NCBI GenBank assembly: GCA_963716145.1
Contig: OY970292.1
Span: 1,095,404-1,142,061 of the forward strand
DNA from: Candidatus Levyibacteriota bacterium
GTDB taxonomy: Bacteria > Patescibacteriota > Microgenomatia > Levybacterales > UBA12049
Direction of reading: 5' to 3'
DNA: 46,658 nt
Made by a program: the position numbers and the translations under genes. Position 1 is the first letter of the stretch. Each line of letters begins with the position of its first letter. Shown one piece after another: positions 22,755 through 31,072 of the stretch. Under the pieces are notes generated by a model. The model worked only from the letters and a program-made list of their open reading frames with translations. It did not search any database and was not told where the DNA came from.

Positions 22755-23915
22755 TTATTTGAATTCCTGTTCAGCTATCCGTTTCCAGTCATACTGTTTA
22801 ATAAATGAAAAAGCCTTTTGAGTAATTTTAGCACGTTTTCTTTCGTCATCTATGTAGTTTAATATTTTTTCTGCAAATTCAGATATATTTCCAGTTTTAA
22901 CCCACTCGACATTATCTTTCCAAATTGGTTTAATCTCCTTTAAATTATATGCAATAACAGGAACTCTTGTAGCCATTGATTCACCTATAACAATAGCCCA
23001 GTTCTCTTCGTGGCTAGGTAAGATAAAAACCTTTGCTGAATTGATAATTCTGAATTTTTCTTCTAGATCGTAAATCACTCCCATAAATGTAATATTTCTT
23101 GTCATATTGTTTTCTTTAATATATTTCTTCATTTTATTAACAGTATCCCTAGGTCCGTCTCCAATTATTGCAAGGGTAGAATTAGGTTTTGATTTAACAA
23201 CTAAATTCCATATTTTTAATAAGTCGAACACCCCTTTTCCGTTATTTAACCTTTTTACATAAATTGCATCATATTTTTTACCTTTTTCATTTTTGTATTT
23301 ATTAGTTATAGAAACAATATGATTGTACTCTACTCCACAATAAACAGATTTTATTTTAGAAGGATTTATTTTTTTGATGTTAATTAATTTTTCTCTTGTT
23401 TGATCAGAAACAGCCAAAATTCTGTTAGCATATAGTTTTATTAAAAATCCAGAAATATACCTATTTAACCAATATAAATACCTTTTTAAGAAAGGAGTTC
23501 CTCCTCTTTTCTCTATCCAGGGATAGTCCTCTACCCAATGATAGACAGCATACCATTCACACTTATTGAAGAATTTTAAGCGAATTGCTGGTAAGACGTC
23601 GTAAATATGCTCACTTGAACTGTACACTAATCCTTTATAAGAATTTAGATCTTTAGGCAATGAAAAAAATGACTTCAACGATACAACTAAATTCGATATT
23701 ATACCTGGATTGTTGTCTGCATCAATTTTGTATTGCTTTCTATTCCTCATTCCAAATTTGTTTAAGAAGTCACCACCGCTTGTTGTTGTCAAGAAATTAA
23801 TATCGTAACCTTTTATGAGTTTTGCGATTTGAATCATCCTGATATCTCCTCCAGATACGCCAACCTTTCCATCGATTTTACATATGCCATTAATTATAAA
23901 TAGAATTTTTTTCAT
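22755..23915 (-). CDS. GT4 family glycosyltransferase
   Basis: C-terminal EX7E region FILPSHEENWAIVIGESMATRVPVIAYN; 386 aa. Confidence 0.8.
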   Translation of the reverse strand: MKKILFIINGICKIDGKVGVSGGDIRMIQIAKLIKGYDINFLTTTSGGDFLNKFGMRNRKQYKIDADNNPGIISNLVVSLKSFFSLPKDLNSYKGLVYSSSEHIYDVLPAIRLKFFNKCEWYAVYHWVEDYPWIEKRGGTPFLKRYLYWLNRYISGFLIKLYANRILAVSDQTREKLINIKKINPSKIKSVYCGVEYNHIVSITNKYKNEKGKKYDAIYVKRLNNGKGVFDLLKIWNLVVKSKPNSTLAIIGDGPRDTVNKMKKYIKENNMTRNITFMGVIYDLEEKFRIINSAKVFILPSHEENWAIVIGESMATRVPVIAYNLKEIKPIWKDNVEWVKTGNISEFAEKILNYIDDERKRAKITQKAFSFIKQYDWKRIAEQEFK

Positions 23916-25003
23916 TTTATCTCCCTTGCAATAATATTAGCGATACGTTTATACGCTTTTCCGTCACCATATGGATTCTTCCAATCAGTTTTTTTGTTTA
24001 ACATATATGTTGTAGATTTTATCACCCTTTTTATATTTGTTCCGGCAAGTACATTGGAGCCAACGTCTAGTGTTTCAGGTCTTTCAGTATTTTCTCTCAA
24101 TGTAACACACGGAACATTTAATATGCATGCTTCTTCTTGGATACCACCACTATCTGTAAAAATTAATTTAGCGTTTTGTTGTAAGCTCAAAAAATCTAAA
24201 TAACCTAATGGGTTGATAATAACTATCTCATTAGGGATATTAAGTTTAAATTTACTAATCATTTTTTTAGTTCTTGGATGAATAGGATAAACAACTGGTA
24301 AATTGATTTTTTTAGCTACGCGCTCAACTGATTCCAGAATATTACGCAAGTTATCAATACTGTCTACGTTCTCTTCCCTGTGAGATGTTAAAAGAAGGTA
24401 TGATTGTTTTGACAATCTTAAACTCGATAATACTTTACTTTTTTCTGCAATTTTTTTATTTTGATATACAGCGTCTACAATTGTATTTCCAGTCACAAAG
24501 ATTCGTTTCTTGTCAATCCCTTCATTTATTAATATCTTAGATGCCTTTTTTGTAGGTGCAAAAAGAAAGTCAGACATATGATCAGTAAGGATTCTATTAA
24601 TTTCCTCAGGCATCTCCCTGAAATATGATCTAAGTCCTGCTTCAATGTGAGCTATCTTAATGTGTAGCTTAGAAGCTACAAGTGCACCCGCAAGAACAGT
24701 ATTTGTATCCCCTTCAACAATAACAAGGTCGGGCTTTTCTTTTAGAAGTACTTTTTCTATGCTTATTAGCATTTTGCCAGTTTGAGAGGCATGTGTTCCA
24801 GAGCCTATATTCAGGTTATATTTAGGCGATGGCAATTTTAGTTCTTGAAAAAAAATTTTATCTAAATTTTCTGAATAGTGCTGTTTTGTATGAATAATAA
24901 AGTAGTTTTCATTTTTTTTGGAAAACTCTCTAATAATAGATGACATTTTTATAATCTCTGGTCTTGTTCCAACGATTATGCAAATTTTAATTTTTTGTTT
25001 CAT
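23912..25003 (-). CDS. wecB: UDP-N-acetylglucosamine 2-epimerase (non-hydrolysing)
   Basis: IIVGTRPEIIKMSSII, HIEAGLRS, TDSGGIQEEA; 363 aa. Confidence 0.9.
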   Translation of the reverse strand: MKQKIKICIIVGTRPEIIKMSSIIREFSKKNENYFIIHTKQHYSENLDKIFFQELKLPSPKYNLNIGSGTHASQTGKMLISIEKVLLKEKPDLVIVEGDTNTVLAGALVASKLHIKIAHIEAGLRSYFREMPEEINRILTDHMSDFLFAPTKKASKILINEGIDKKRIFVTGNTIVDAVYQNKKIAEKSKVLSSLRLSKQSYLLLTSHREENVDSIDNLRNILESVERVAKKINLPVVYPIHPRTKKMISKFKLNIPNEIVIINPLGYLDFLSLQQNAKLIFTDSGGIQEEACILNVPCVTLRENTERPETLDVGSNVLAGTNIKRVIKSTTYMLNKKTDWKNPYGDGKAYKRIANIIAREIK

Positions 25004-25132
25004 ATTGCTTTAGATACTTTATTGATTTAATAGTCCCATATCATTTGTGCTTACAAAAATGCTTCAGGATTTTAGCACACTAGATATAATTAATAAGCAG
25101 CTTAAATCTATAGATGTAATTTAAATTTTAGC

Positions 25133-26221
25133 CTAAAACGAATTAACCTTTTCCGAGATATAATTTATTTCTTCAACACTCAGCTCAGGATAGATAGGTA
25201 TAGAAATAATTCTTTTGGCTATCATTTCCGAAATTGGAAAATCACCTTTCTTATAGCCCAAATATTCATATACTTTTTGTAAATGGATAGGTACTGGGTA
25301 ATGAACTAATGTCTCGATGCCATTTTTGAGTAAATAATTCTGAGCTTTTTCCCGGCTATCTACCTCGATTATAAATAGATGATAGACTGAAGTTCCATTT
25401 TTGGATATTTTCTGTGTTTTATATTCATTTATATTCTTTACATAATTTTTTGCAATATCAGACCTTTTTTTATTCCAGTGGTCTAGATATTTAAGCTTTA
25501 CACGTAGAACCGCTGCTTGAATCTCATCAAGTCTTGAATTTGTTCCGAAATCATCGTGGTAGTATTTTTTAACTTGCCCGTAATTTCTTAATCTTTTTAA
25601 TTTTTCATATAATAGTTTGTCATTGGTAACAACAGCCCCGCTATCTCCATATGCGCCCAAATTTTTCCCTGGATAAAAGCTGAAAACTCCTAAGTCCCCA
25701 AAAGTCCCAACTTTTTTATTGTTTAAAGTTGCTCCATGAGCTTGACATGCGTCTTCAATTAAAAAAAGCCTATATTTTTTTGCGATTTTTTTAAGTTCTC
25801 CAATCTCGCAGGGAGCGCCGTATAGATGGACTGGTAATATCGCTTTTGTTTTCTTATTAATTTTTTCTTCTACCTGTTTTATATCAATCTGGTACGTGTC
25901 AGGATCACAATCTACAAAAACAGGTTTGGCTCCTACCTGAGTTATCGCCAATGTTGTAGCAATAAAGCTATTAGCAGGGGTTATGACCTCATCTCCTGTG
26001 CCAATCCTCAACGATAGAAGAGCAAGAACTAGTCCATCTGTTCCGGAGTTAACGCCAATTGCATATTTTATTCCAAGATATGATGAAAACTCTTTTTCAA
26101 AAGATTCAAGTTCTTTACCCAAAACAAAATTTTGGCTATCAACAACTCTTCTAATAGCTATATCAATTTCGGGCTTTATTGATTTATATTGTTCTTTTAA
26201 ATTCAAAAAAGGTACATTCAT
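25133..26221 (-). CDS. DegT/DnrJ/EryC1/StrS-family PLP-dependent sugar aminotransferase (FdtB/QdtB-like)
   Basis: NSGTDGLVLAL, FSFYPGKNLGAYGDSGAVVTND (PLP Lys), SIPIYPELS. It sits downstream of the isomerase and acetyltransferase genes. Confidence 0.85.
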   Translation of the reverse strand: MNVPFLNLKEQYKSIKPEIDIAIRRVVDSQNFVLGKELESFEKEFSSYLGIKYAIGVNSGTDGLVLALLSLRIGTGDEVITPANSFIATTLAITQVGAKPVFVDCDPDTYQIDIKQVEEKINKKTKAILPVHLYGAPCEIGELKKIAKKYRLFLIEDACQAHGATLNNKKVGTFGDLGVFSFYPGKNLGAYGDSGAVVTNDKLLYEKLKRLRNYGQVKKYYHDDFGTNSRLDEIQAAVLRVKLKYLDHWNKKRSDIAKNYVKNINEYKTQKISKNGTSVYHLFIIEVDSREKAQNYLLKNGIETLVHYPVPIHLQKVYEYLGYKKGDFPISEMIAKRIISIPIYPELSVEEINYISEKVNSF

Positions 26222-26787
26222 ATACTTTTTACAAGGGTAACTTTTTCATCTACGATTTTATATCTCCTATCACACGAACACGTATATGTATTGTCGGAAA
26301 ATTCCATCCTTTTAGTACAGGTACATATATATCCTTTAACCTCTCCAGGATTTCCATATACTAATGCAAAATCTGGAACATCTTTCACTATTACAGAGCC
26401 TGCACCAATCAACGCGTATTCACCAACTGTTATGCCACCCAAAATTGTTGCGTTTGCTCCAATTGATGAACCTGTTTTTAATAGAGTTTTTTGCTGAATA
26501 TATTTTGTATTTTTACTTCGGGGGAATAAGTCATTTGTAAATACTGCCGCTGGTCCGATAAATACATTGTCTTTAATTTTAATTCCATCCCAAAGATATA
26601 CACCGCATTTTACTGTGACATTATTACCAATCGTAACATCATTTTCTATAAAGCAGTGGTCACATATATTAGCATTTTCACCGATTTTGGCTTCTCCCAA
26701 AATATGTACAAAAGCCCAAATTTTGGAGTCTTTTCCAATATTTTCTGTTTCAACAAGTGCATTTTTGTGTATAAAGTAATCTTTCAT
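26218..26787 (-). CDS. Left-handed beta-helix sugar N-acetyltransferase (FdtC/QdtC/WxcM-C-like)
   Basis: Hexapeptide repeats (IGENANICDHCFIENDVTIGNNVTVKCGVYL...). Cys-rich tail CTCTKR...CSCD. Overlaps the aminotransferase start by 4 nt. Confidence 0.75.
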   Translation of the reverse strand: MKDYFIHKNALVETENIGKDSKIWAFVHILGEAKIGENANICDHCFIENDVTIGNNVTVKCGVYLWDGIKIKDNVFIGPAAVFTNDLFPRSKNTKYIQQKTLLKTGSSIGANATILGGITVGEYALIGAGSVIVKDVPDFALVYGNPGEVKGYICTCTKRMEFSDNTYTCSCDRRYKIVDEKVTLVKSI

Positions 26788-26789
26788 AG

Positions 26790-27194
26790 TTATTTCAAAA
26801 GTTGCAAAGGGAAGACATCATCTGATGACCACTCCTGATCTGTATAGTTAACAACGGATGCTTTTGCCGTCAAGCTCTTGAAAGCATGGGCAACATTTGG
26901 GCCTATTTCAAGCCGTATATATTTATCTGATTTTGCATCAAGTATCAATCTCTTTTTTTCTTCAGTTTTAATATCTTTCAAAATCACACTCACTTTTCCA
27001 TTAACTACACCAAACCATTCTCTAATTCTTTTATGATAATGATTTGCTCTGACAACTCCTTTTTTGCTAAAAGTTACAAAATAAATTTGTCCAAATTCTT
27101 TATAATTTTTATTTAAATTGGAGGCTTTAAGGAAAACAATTAAATCTCCACGATTGTCAATAAATTTATCAAAATTTTCTATTTTATAATCCAT
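26790..27194 (-). CDS. Cupin-type sugar 3,4-ketoisomerase (FdtA/QdtA/WxcM-N-like)
   Basis: 134 aa. FIDNRGDLIVF...VRANHYHKRIREWFGVVNGKV is typical of TDP-4-oxo-6-deoxy-hexose 3,4-isomerases. Confidence 0.7.
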   Translation of the reverse strand: MDYKIENFDKFIDNRGDLIVFLKASNLNKNYKEFGQIYFVTFSKKGVVRANHYHKRIREWFGVVNGKVSVILKDIKTEEKKRLILDAKSDKYIRLEIGPNVAHAFKSLTAKASVVNYTDQEWSSDDVFPLQLLK

Positions 27195-27196
27195 AA

Positions 27197-28192
27197 TTAT
27201 TTTTGCCTAGAAACAATTTCTTTACTAGTAGTATTATAAACAATAATCTCTAAAATACTAGCATACGCAGACAGGAAGCAAATGAATGGATGGAATAACC
27301 ATATTTTCTCTCTGTCCGTAACAGCTCCATATATGCCGACAGTAAGAGGTATAAAAAAGCTAAATGCATAAAAAGGCCACAGTTTCATCTTCATTTTTTG
27401 TGATCCTGAGAGCCTATTTGTTCTAGATGCGATTCCATATTTTTTTCTTTCCAGCGCATTTCTTGTCGCCCAGCGTTGTTTGCGGATAAAGTGATCCATG
27501 CTATGAACAGTACGGTGATAGAGAGGGACTGAATAGACATAAGCAAGTTTCTTTTTTTTGTCCACCAGATCGAGTATTGGATTTATATCGTCAAATTGAT
27601 CTTCTTTTTTTCTTCTAAATCCTTGTCTTACGGCAAATCCTTGAGCAAGCGCGATCATTGGTCTTGTGTCATTTGATGAATAATCATAAACATCATAGGT
27701 ATCAGTATGGTCAAGAGTTTTATATATTTTGTGAAACGTTCTCGAATTAGCAGCATAACCATAAACAAAATGATTGTAAGGATCAGTAAAAGTATTGGTG
27801 TATTTTGTATAAAGGGTGTCGTTTTTGGTACTTGCATGCTTTGGGAATGCAGCATATATATCTTTGTCTTCAAAAACATTTGCGAAGATTTTAAGACTCT
27901 TCTTATTATTCAGGAAATTATCAACAGCAAGAATCATCATCAAATCACCTTTGGCAATGGACATCCCAATTGTGATTGCCGGTTCGGCAAGACGTTCGGG
28001 GTTATTTACAATTTTAACTTTAAATGTTTTCGCAATCTCAAGTGTTTTATCACTTGATCCTCCATCGATAATTAATATCTCAATTAATTCTTTGGGGTAT
28101 TTCTGTTTATCTAATTTTTCCAAGAATTCTCTAATCATTTCTTGATTGTTGTAAGTTGGAGTAAGTATGGAAATTTTCTGGAGAGATTTCAT
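27197..28192 (-). CDS. GT2 family glycosyltransferase with C-terminal TM helices
   Basis: ISILTPTYNNQEMI...IIDGGSSDKT...AVDNF; 331 aa. Confidence 0.8.
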   Translation of the reverse strand: MKSLQKISILTPTYNNQEMIREFLEKLDKQKYPKELIEILIIDGGSSDKTLEIAKTFKVKIVNNPERLAEPAITIGMSIAKGDLMMILAVDNFLNNKKSLKIFANVFEDKDIYAAFPKHASTKNDTLYTKYTNTFTDPYNHFVYGYAANSRTFHKIYKTLDHTDTYDVYDYSSNDTRPMIALAQGFAVRQGFRRKKEDQFDDINPILDLVDKKKKLAYVYSVPLYHRTVHSMDHFIRKQRWATRNALERKKYGIASRTNRLSGSQKMKMKLWPFYAFSFFIPLTVGIYGAVTDREKIWLFHPFICFLSAYASILEIIVYNTTSKEIVSRQK

Positions 28193-28587
28193 ATTGAATT
28201 TATTATTTTTAGGCTTTTATCTACAGAATCAGCCCAATTTAATTTTTTGGCTGCAGCTACACAACCCGTCTGTAGATGTTTATATTCCTTTTTATTCTCA
28301 ATTAATTCTATTGCTGATTTCGCTAGATCTTTTGGTATTGGTTTGGTGAGAATTCCGGTTCTTCCATTCTCCACAGAGTCGCGAAGGCCCGGGATATCAT
28401 ATCCAATGACCGGAGTTCCCTGTGACGCGCTCTCAACAGCTGTAAGCCCCCATCCTTCGTGAACGGAAGGAATAAGCAATATATGCGCTTTTGCCAGTAG
28501 CTCATATTTCTTTTCCTCACTTACAAACCCAAAAAACTGGATATCTTTTCCTAAAACATGTCCCCTGATCAACGTTTTTAACTTCAT
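28189..28587 (-). CDS. GT4 glycosyltransferase fragment (C-terminal Rossmann domain only), paralogue of the 3' half of 29806-31026
   Basis: 132 aa. FFGFVSEEKKYELLAKAHILLIPSVHEGWGLTAVESASQGTPVIGYDIPGLRDSV has no N-terminal acceptor domain. The 49-nt run 28448-28496 is identical to 30080-30128. Confidence 0.7.
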   Translation of the reverse strand: MKLKTLIRGHVLGKDIQFFGFVSEEKKYELLAKAHILLIPSVHEGWGLTAVESASQGTPVIGYDIPGLRDSVENGRTGILTKPIPKDLAKSAIELIENKKEYKHLQTGCVAAAKKLNWADSVDKSLKIINSI

Positions 28588-29768
28588 AGGGACAAGTCGT
28601 TAAGTAATATATCAAATATTGTATCTCTAGTAATTACCTCAACCGGAATATTGTAAATATTTGAAAAACTTTTAATTGAGGACGTTTTATTCTGTTTGGT
28701 CCATTTTATCTCATATGCCTTAAAAACATTTGTACCTTTTACGACCAAGTCAACCTCTGATCCATCTCTTTTACGCCAAAAGTAAATGTTATTTTTATTT
28801 CCTGTTAGAAGATTTTGCTTAGCGAATTCTGAAATTACGCAGTTTTCAAAAAGTGAGCCTATATCAGATCTTGTAGGGGAGAATGAAAATTCTTTCAAAA
28901 GAGCATTTCGTACACCAGTGTCCCAGAAAAATATCTTTGAATTTTTGGCGATTTCCTTTCGTTGGTTTGTGCTAAAAGCCGGAACTCGAAATAAAACATA
29001 GGATCTTTCCAGTAGGTCAATATATTTTTCGACAGTAAGCCTCGAAATTTGTAAATTGGATGCTAATTCGTTTATCGAAACTTCTGATCCGGTCTGAAAA
29101 GCCAGAAGAGTCAATAGTCTTTTTACTGTATTAGGTGATTTAATTAGTCCGCTTTGTAAGATATCCCGTAATAGATAATCAGATGCAAGATTTAGAAGGT
29201 ATTTTTCCTTGTCATGAGTTGTGATCGTTTCAGGATAGCTCCCATATACAATTTGACTTAAAAGAAGAGAGCTGAGTTGTTTGGTAAATTTTTCGTTTTG
29301 CTGACTAGGTTTTATTTGAGGTAAATACCAATCTTGATTTGTAACTATTTCTTCAAAGAGAAGAGGGGGCAGAAATATTTTTTCATTGCGCCCTGTTAAA
29401 GGTTCTGCCGTTTTATCAAGCAGGTCAAGACTTGATGAGCCAAGAAGGATAATCTTTGTTTTGATTTTGGCATCATACCACCCCTTCACAATTCTTCCGA
29501 TTTCAGGTAGATTTTGCGCCTCGTCGATTGCCAGTAGTTTTGGTTCTCCAAGCGCAATGAGCGCTTCTGTTGGTGAAAGAGAGCTTATGGCCATTAATTT
29601 GGCTTTATCTACATCAATATCGCAGTTGAGAAGCAAGCCATTTTTTTCTTTAACAATAGGCTCAATAAGGGTAGTTTTACCAACCTGTCGTGCGCCCAGG
29701 AGGATAATAATTTTCTTATCATTGAGCAATGCTTTTATTGATTTTTCAGCGAATCTTTTGATATACAT
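28584..29768 (-). CDS. AAA_14 ATPase with wHTH and DUF4143 (PD-(D/E)xK-like) C-terminal domain
   Basis: Walker A LLGARQVGKTTL, Walker B LLAIDEAQ, then ...SINELASNLQISRLTVEKYIDLLE (HTH). The C-terminal GSEVDLVV...AYEIKWTK is nuclease-like. Confidence 0.8.
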   Translation of the reverse strand: MYIKRFAEKSIKALLNDKKIIILLGARQVGKTTLIEPIVKEKNGLLLNCDIDVDKAKLMAISSLSPTEALIALGEPKLLAIDEAQNLPEIGRIVKGWYDAKIKTKIILLGSSSLDLLDKTAEPLTGRNEKIFLPPLLFEEIVTNQDWYLPQIKPSQQNEKFTKQLSSLLLSQIVYGSYPETITTHDKEKYLLNLASDYLLRDILQSGLIKSPNTVKRLLTLLAFQTGSEVSINELASNLQISRLTVEKYIDLLERSYVLFRVPAFSTNQRKEIAKNSKIFFWDTGVRNALLKEFSFSPTRSDIGSLFENCVISEFAKQNLLTGNKNNIYFWRKRDGSEVDLVVKGTNVFKAYEIKWTKQNKTSSIKSFSNIYNIPVEVITRDTIFDILLNDLSL

Positions 29769-29805
29769 AACTCTATATTACAAAATATATAGACAATTTG
29801 TCAAG

Positions 29806-31026
29806 TCAATGTTGCAATATAACCTTTTTTATGAGCCTAATGCTTTCTTTTACCGAATTTTCCCAAGTAGCAGTCTTTACTGCTTTCAATCCGTTTTCCT
29901 GAAGGTTTTTATACTTGGATTTATCATTTATGAGTTTTACCGCCTCAGAATACAAACTTTGTGGAGTATTCTTATCAAGAATAATGCCCGTCACATTGTC
30001 TTGAACAGTATCGCGCAGTCCTGGAACATTATACACAATTGACGGAGTCTTTTGGGAGGCTGCTTCATGAACTGTTAATCCCCATCCTTCGTGAACGGAA
30101 GGAATAAGCAATATATGCGCTTTTGCCAATAATTCATATTTTCTTTCCTGATTTACAAACCCAAAAAACTTAACTGAAGAAGACAGATTGTATTTTTGTA
30201 TTTTTGATTTAACAGATCCAATAATTTCGTCATCTCCCGATCCCACAATCCACAGGACGGGTTCTTGGTTCTTGGTTCTTGGTTCTTTGGTCTTGGTTCT
30301 TGGCTCTTTGGAGCTACCAGGATCTAAGACCTTTGAGCTAAGATCTTTCTTAATCAAGGAGAATGCTTCAATGGCATCATAGATTCCTTTTTGTTTATTA
30401 AGTCTTGCAAGATAGATAAAAGTAGGATTTTTTTCTTTAGGATATTTTTTAAGACTTTTTGGAATATTTATTCCCATTTTTAATACAGTTATTTGGCTCG
30501 GATTTATCCCTTCTTTAATTAAATCTTTTTTGGTTGACTCAGAAATAGTCATTGTCGGCACGTTTCTGTAAATACGCAAATATATTTTTTCAATTGCTCT
30601 AAAAATAAGTGCAACCGGATAGGGGAACAATCTGAAAAATAATTTGCTTGCAGTCTCACAGATCAGAGCGATAGTCTTTTTGCGGGCATAAATTGCGCTG
30701 AAAAATGGAAACCAGTGCACCTCATCGATGATGATGTCTATATTTTTTTTGTTTTTTAAATAATAAAAAAAAGCCAAAAAATGAACATTCCACCAATCTC
30801 CTCGTCTTATAAACTGAACACTGTCAATAGTCTCCTTTTTTTTTGCTCCCGAGAACATTGAACTAAAAACCAAGACCTCGTACCCTGCATTGGTCCATCC
30901 CTTAGCTAATTCATGAGTAAGAATTTCAGCACCTCCTCCTGCCGGATTTTTTATATCCCGCCAGTTCAATATTAAAATCCGAACGATTTTAGTATTGAAG
31001 TTCTTGGTTCTTGGTTCATGGTTCAT
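29806..31026 (-). CDS. GT4 family glycosyltransferase carrying heptad-array-derived N-terminus and interdomain insert
   Basis: Core ILILNWRDIKNPAGGGAE...SVHEGWGLTVHEAASQKTPSIVYNVPGLRD. The N-terminus MNHEPRTKN and the linker SSKEPRTKTKEPRTKNQEP are encoded by GTTCTTG-type arrays. Confidence 0.85.
   Translation of the reverse strand: MNHEPRTKNFNTKIVRILILNWRDIKNPAGGGAEILTHELAKGWTNAGYEVLVFSSMFSGAKKKETIDSVQFIRRGDWWNVHFLAFFYYLKNKKNIDIIIDEVHWFPFFSAIYARKKTIALICETASKLFFRLFPYPVALIFRAIEKIYLRIYRNVPTMTISESTKKDLIKEGINPSQITVLKMGINIPKSLKKYPKEKNPTFIYLARLNKQKGIYDAIEAFSLIKKDLSSKVLDPGSSKEPRTKTKEPRTKNQEPVLWIVGSGDDEIIGSVKSKIQKYNLSSSVKFFGFVNQERKYELLAKAHILLIPSVHEGWGLTVHEAASQKTPSIVYNVPGLRDTVQDNVTGIILDKNTPQSLYSEAVKLINDKSKYKNLQENGLKAVKTATWENSVKESIRLIKKVILQH
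30261..30311. repeat. Seven-copy GTTCTTG-type heptad array inside the GT4 interdomain linker
   Basis: GTTCTTG x3, GTTCTTT, GGTCTTG, GTTCTTG, GCTCTTT. Confidence 0.9.
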
Positions 31027-31072
31027 AATTGCTTGAGCGTATTCCTAAGACCCAAGATCAAAGATCTACGAC
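31000..31072. repeat. Opposed heptad arrays with only a 17-nt centre (empty version of the four-helix-bundle cassette site)
   Basis: 31000-31027: GTTCTTG GTTCTTG GTTCATG GTTCATA, which contains the GT4 start codon. 31045-31072: CTAAGAC CCAAGAT CAAAGAT CTACGAC, which contains the GT2 stop codon. The second arm uses the same four words as 33517-33544. Confidence 0.8.

Noticed and set aside
27707-28462. Several 60-116-aa plus-strand ORFs (27707-28057, 27816-28145, 28142-28462)
   Set aside because: They are antisense to well-supported GT2 and GT4 coding sequence in very AT-rich DNA. These are shadow ORFs.
29386-30042. 218-aa plus-strand ORF
   Set aside because: It lies entirely antisense to the AAA_14 ATPase and GT4 genes, has a low-complexity translation, and spans their intergenic gap. 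It is a shadow ORF.
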